A DNA stretch of 64,000 nucleotides. Origin: an uncultured Methanosarcinaceae archaeon (GTDB taxonomy: Archaea; Halobacteriota; Methanosarcinia; Methanosarcinales; Methanosarcinaceae). Below the pieces are notes generated by a model. That model did no database searches, was not told where the DNA came from, and saw nothing but the letters and a program-made list of their open reading frames with translations. This document shows, in pieces, positions 60,376 to 64,000 of the stretch. Where the stretch lies: the NCBI GenBank assembly GCA_963833425.1, contig CAWHXP010000016.1:1-64000 (forward strand), in the 5' to 3' direction. The translations under genes and the position numbers were made by a program. Position 1 is the first letter of the stretch. The number at the start of each line of letters is the position of its first letter.

Positions 60376-60774
60376 ATGAAAGACTACAAAGTAAAAATCT
60401 TGGACGAAAAAAATCACCTATTCATTGAAACCTTGAAGAATTTAGGGATTTCAAGAAATGTGGCTACTATCGTGGCATATCTTATGGATGTAGACGAAGA
60501 TTCATCTCATGAAATTGAAATAAGTACTGGATTAAGGCAACCAGAAGTCAGTCTTGCGATTAGATTAATACGCAATAATTCATGGGTCAGTGTGCGATCG
60601 GAAAAAAAGCCTCTGAAAGGGCGACCGATGAACATTTACACCCTCATAACTCCTGTTGACGAGATTAGGAGTTATTATGAAAACGAAATTTATAAAAAAT
60701 CTAGAGGAACCATTTCAGAATTCACGAAAATGAAGGTAATGAACAAAAGGGTACCCCTTAATCCTTCAAAGTGA
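60376..60774 (+). CDS. Winged-HTH transcriptional regulator (ArsR/TrmB-like, methanogen type)
   Basis: LG.SRNVA, S.EIEI.TGLRQPEVS.A, KGRP..IY.L. Confidence 0.85.
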   Translation: MKDYKVKILDEKNHLFIETLKNLGISRNVATIVAYLMDVDEDSSHEIEISTGLRQPEVSLAIRLIRNNSWVSVRSEKKPLKGRPMNIYTLITPVDEIRSYYENEIYKKSRGTISEFTKMKVMNKRVPLNPSK

Positions 60775-60926
60775 AAACCTTTGAGCAAAATTAGCTCATA
60801 ATGGCTGATAATTTTTTTGGATTCAGAATACAGGTAAAATATATTTTCCAGGTTTTTCGTTCCTTATATCTATTTCTACAAATACTCTTTTACAAAATTT
60901 GAGAATATTTGCATCTCAGATGTAAA

Positions 60927-61015
60927 AGAGTATTTCTATGAACCTCTGATTTCAACGAATCATTTAGATACCATCTATATTCATATGATAAGATTACGGA
61001 AGTTACCAATACCTC
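60927..61015. mobile_element. ~90-bp MITE (subtype II, degenerate)
   Basis: agagtatttctatgaacctctgatttc... Confidence 0.55.
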
Positions 61016-61197
61016 AAAAATTAATCTTTGTCTTTTTGGCTCTATATTGCAGATTTTATTAATTGCCTACATTGTATAGTTTTTAAATCCATTTTCTTCA
61101 TAACTTTTTAATTTTATCCGATGACTAATAATATTTTCCACCCCAAACTGAATGGTTATCTTCATTGGATAATGAATCAGATGGCTCAATCCTATTT

Positions 61198-61851
61198 TCA
61201 ATTCTCATATCGCAACGGATCTTTAGCATTGTTTTGTTCAAAAGCTTCTAATCTTTCAATACACGAACCGCATTTCCCACAAGCGAGCTCACGTCCATTG
61301 TAACATGTCCATGTTTTAGAATAATCAACCCCTAACCGAAGTCCAATTCTCAAGACATCTCCTTTCGTTAAGTTTAAATAGGGGACTTCTAACTCAATTG
61401 ATGTATAATCACAAAGTTTCAACACGGATTTCATGGCTTCAACAAATTCTGGTCTGCAATCTGGATAGATTGTATGATCTCCAGAGTGAGCTCCATAGAG
61501 TACTGTATTAATTCCTCTTGAGATTGCATAAGAAGCTGCTAATGCGATTAAAACCATGTTCCTATTAGGAACTACCGTGCTCGTCATATTTGACGAAGTA
61601 TAGTGCCCTTTCGGAACTTCTATTTCATATCGTGTAATAGAAGAAGGAGCAAGAGAATTTAGAACCTCAAGATTACAAACCTGATGAGGGACTTTCAACA
61701 TCGAACATGTTTTAATCGCATAGAAAATTTCTCGATTGTGTTTTTGGTTATAGTCAAATGATATCGCTTCAACTTCATATCCTCTGCTGACTATGTCGTA
61801 AAGGAGGGTTGTGGAATCAAGACCTCCGGATAAAATAATTAACGCTTTCAT
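61198..61851 (-). CDS. queC: 7-cyano-7-deazaguanine (preQ0) synthase
   Basis: LSGGLDSTT, FDYNQKH, VPNRN, YPDCRPEF, TWTCY...CGKCGSC.ER; GAGG RBS before ATG 61851. Confidence 0.93.
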   Translation of the reverse strand: MKALIILSGGLDSTTLLYDIVSRGYEVEAISFDYNQKHNREIFYAIKTCSMLKVPHQVCNLEVLNSLAPSSITRYEIEVPKGHYTSSNMTSTVVPNRNMVLIALAASYAISRGINTVLYGAHSGDHTIYPDCRPEFVEAMKSVLKLCDYTSIELEVPYLNLTKGDVLRIGLRLGVDYSKTWTCYNGRELACGKCGSCIERLEAFEQNNAKDPLRYEN

Positions 61852-62215
61852 ATGTTCCTCTAGTTTCTCCAAAATGTTTTATGAAGCTGAAGGAGAAAAC
61901 TTGAATTTTAGGAATAATACTTTTTCTACAATCTCTTTACATAACATCTGATAATTGTCTTTTTGGCCATTTAGATGCATTATGATAAGATGATTAAGAG
62001 AATCATGCCGATGTTTCTGTAAAATCACAAATCTCGATAAATTGTGATGAGTTAAATAAACATCTGAAGACCAAAAATATAGACAGTACACAATAATTTA
62101 ACTTTGAGTTTAGAGCAAATCTACGGCAATGTTGATTAAGAGCAAGCTAGTGTATTTTTTTTCAATATAAGTACTCAAGTTATCAATTACAAATTTAAAC
62201 TTAACATTAAATAAA

Positions 62216-62870
62216 TTAGAACTCAAACATTTGAAAAAGGGCTGTACACAATATTTTTAGATCCACTTTTTGAACGGTAGTGACAAGAAATTTTTCTGCT
62301 TTGAAGACTTTCTCAGTCACTTTTCTCTTCAATACATAACTCATTCCAATAGAGTGTTCTTTTACTGCTTTTTTCATCACCGCATCATAACCTTTTGATT
62401 GTTCCAAATTATCCTCTGTTTCTATAAATCACTTATTTTTTTCAGATAAATCTACATATGAATCATTTACTGACGCAGTTGTTGTTTTGAATCTTCTGAT
62501 CAGCTCATAATCTCTGTCTATTATATTATGAAACTTATATCCAAAGTGAGACTTACCTCCCTTCTTTGTCCATGTTCCGTCTCTGCTTATTCTTGTTTTT
62601 GCCTCATCTCTCTGCTTTCGCATGTCGAATCCGAATGAATAAAAGTAGAATCCGAAATTATTACCTTTTTTATTTTCAAAACCATGGCTATTAAGCTAGC
62701 CTTGCCACTAGATTATATTTCATCTTCTTTGCAGTTATGAATAATTATTTTCATTAATGATCAGACTATGGTAATGTTGGCATTTACTGAGGAACACTAA
62801 GAAATTTCCTGAAAGAAATTAGATCAATACATAATTTTTTTTCTAAATTCCTTATCCGATAAATCACTCG
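62216..62870 (-). mobile_element. IS5-family remnant
   Basis: DEAKTR.SRDGTWTKKGGKSHFGYK, nearly identical to 55065-55250. Confidence 0.85.
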
Positions 62871-62930
62871 ATTTAGGCACGATTTCATTTTGTTCCGATT
62901 CTTAACTACCAATATTTTTGCCAACACTTT

Positions 62931-63020
62931 TCGAAAATCTGGATAACTTTATGATTTTCAAGAGTTCCCAATACCATTTATAAGCGTATGACGAATTTTA
63001 GGGATTTATCGAAATTTTTG
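62931..63020. mobile_element. ~90-bp MITE (subtype II)
   Basis: tttataagcgtatgacgaattttagggatttatcgaaattttt. Confidence 0.7.
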
Positions 63021-63373
63021 GTGAACTAATCAAAATAATCATCTAGAACTGCAGCTAATTGAAAAAAATACTGAAATTCAGTTTGAATTATCTTAAATTT
63101 TTATAGATTATCTCCTATTTCAAGTGGATAAGTTATAGTCGCTTTCTAAATATGAGTACAAAACATTAAATATTTGAGTATTTAAGAAAATTTACCATGT
63201 AACTCACATCAAAAATCAATTTTCATCTATCTGATATTATCACTTTCCAACGGGAAAATAATTTCAAACAACACAAAATAGCTGAGAGCCAATTTTTTAA
63301 ATTATCTCAATTTTTGAGTGAATTAACATGGAATATTCAAGCAGATTTGAATCCAGAAACTTAAACTCATAAC

Positions 63374-63934
63374 TTATTTTTTAACATCAAGTTTTGTCAT
63401 GAGCCCAGCCAAATTGGCCGGAATAGCTCCTATTGCAGTGCACGTCTCCAAAGAAAGCCCTTTGCAAGTAACGTCGAGATGGTATTTTCCTCTATTTATA
63501 ATTTCTTTATGAAGTCCTTTGTGCCCCAATCCCACAAGGAAGAGAAATGACCGATTTCGTAGGGCATTTTCAGCAATTTTTTCAGGCAAAATCTGCCTCT
63601 TGGGGTCCGGTTTTGAGGTAGTAATCACAATTTCACCAAAATGGGCTGGGAACCCTTTATTTGGAAGATCAGATATTGATAAATGATTTTTTTCATAAAG
63701 AATCTTGAGATAAGCTCCTGAATCTCCTATAGTAGTTTTTTTCATCACAAAGGCCACCAATTCTTCTGCATTCATTTTGAATGGGAAGTCGTAAAAGGAA
63801 AGATGGAATCCAAAAGCATGGCATATTGGAGCAGCTCTTGCAATCGCACGGTAATGGGCATCGAGAACTTTGATCTTATCGTAGGTATTTACTATCCCAA
63901 GGGTAAGCATAAGATATTTCATTAGCTTTTTCAT
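63374..63934 (-). CDS. DUF531 family archaeal SPOUT-like protein
   Basis: LTLG..NTYD, AH.RAIARAAPIC.AF, TTIG..G.YL, GLG..GL, SLETCTAIG; true start may be the downstream MLTLG. Confidence 0.85.
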   Translation of the reverse strand: MKKLMKYLMLTLGIVNTYDKIKVLDAHYRAIARAAPICHAFGFHLSFYDFPFKMNAEELVAFVMKKTTIGDSGAYLKILYEKNHLSISDLPNKGFPAHFGEIVITTSKPDPKRQILPEKIAENALRNRSFLFLVGLGHKGLHKEIINRGKYHLDVTCKGLSLETCTAIGAIPANLAGLMTKLDVKK

Positions 63935-64000
63935 AAAATAATGTTTCGTTAATTTAGGAATTTCCTTTCAAAACTTATGGACTTACGAGTAGTAGGCTCT

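Noticed and set aside
1..64000. tRNA/rRNA genes, integrase or provirus
   Set aside because: No cloverleaf or rRNA-like GC-rich tracts seen; only a lone ParB-like remnant, with no integrase or structural genes

Overview
AT-rich archaeal chromosome segment, almost certainly Methanosarcina or a close relative. This is based on a class II photolyase, Cam-type gamma-carbonic anhydrase, mptN, YVTN surface proteins, DUF2769 and archaeal Pth2. A sparse core backbone (hisF, DUF151, zinc-ribbon protein, ThiC-family enzyme, pth2, mptN, DUF531) is interleaved with accessory genes, many pseudogenes, two IS6 copies, about five IS5-family remnants and at least 11 IS5-derived ~90-bp MITEs. The first ~15 kb is a decaying light/oxidative-stress cluster (DUF523-DUF1722, ABC1 kinase, msrB, photolyase, fasciclin, cupredoxin, ferredoxin, bacterioferritin). 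The most notable observations are: (i) an orphan iscU with atypical ligands bracketed by a perfect 84-bp inverted repeat; (ii) two different dispersed non-coding modules, each in 5 copies, that look like conserved promoters or leaders; (iii) an uncalled 38-aa protein with two CxxCH motifs; (iv) a 'thiC' with BzaF-type motifs; (v) an aegerolysin-like protein; (vi) a beta-propeller/IPT surface protein fused to a degenerate site-2-protease domain. I saw no rRNA, tRNA, CRISPR array or convincing pyrrolysine read-through. All family calls come from motif recognition by eye, not database searches, and boundaries of decayed elements are approximate.
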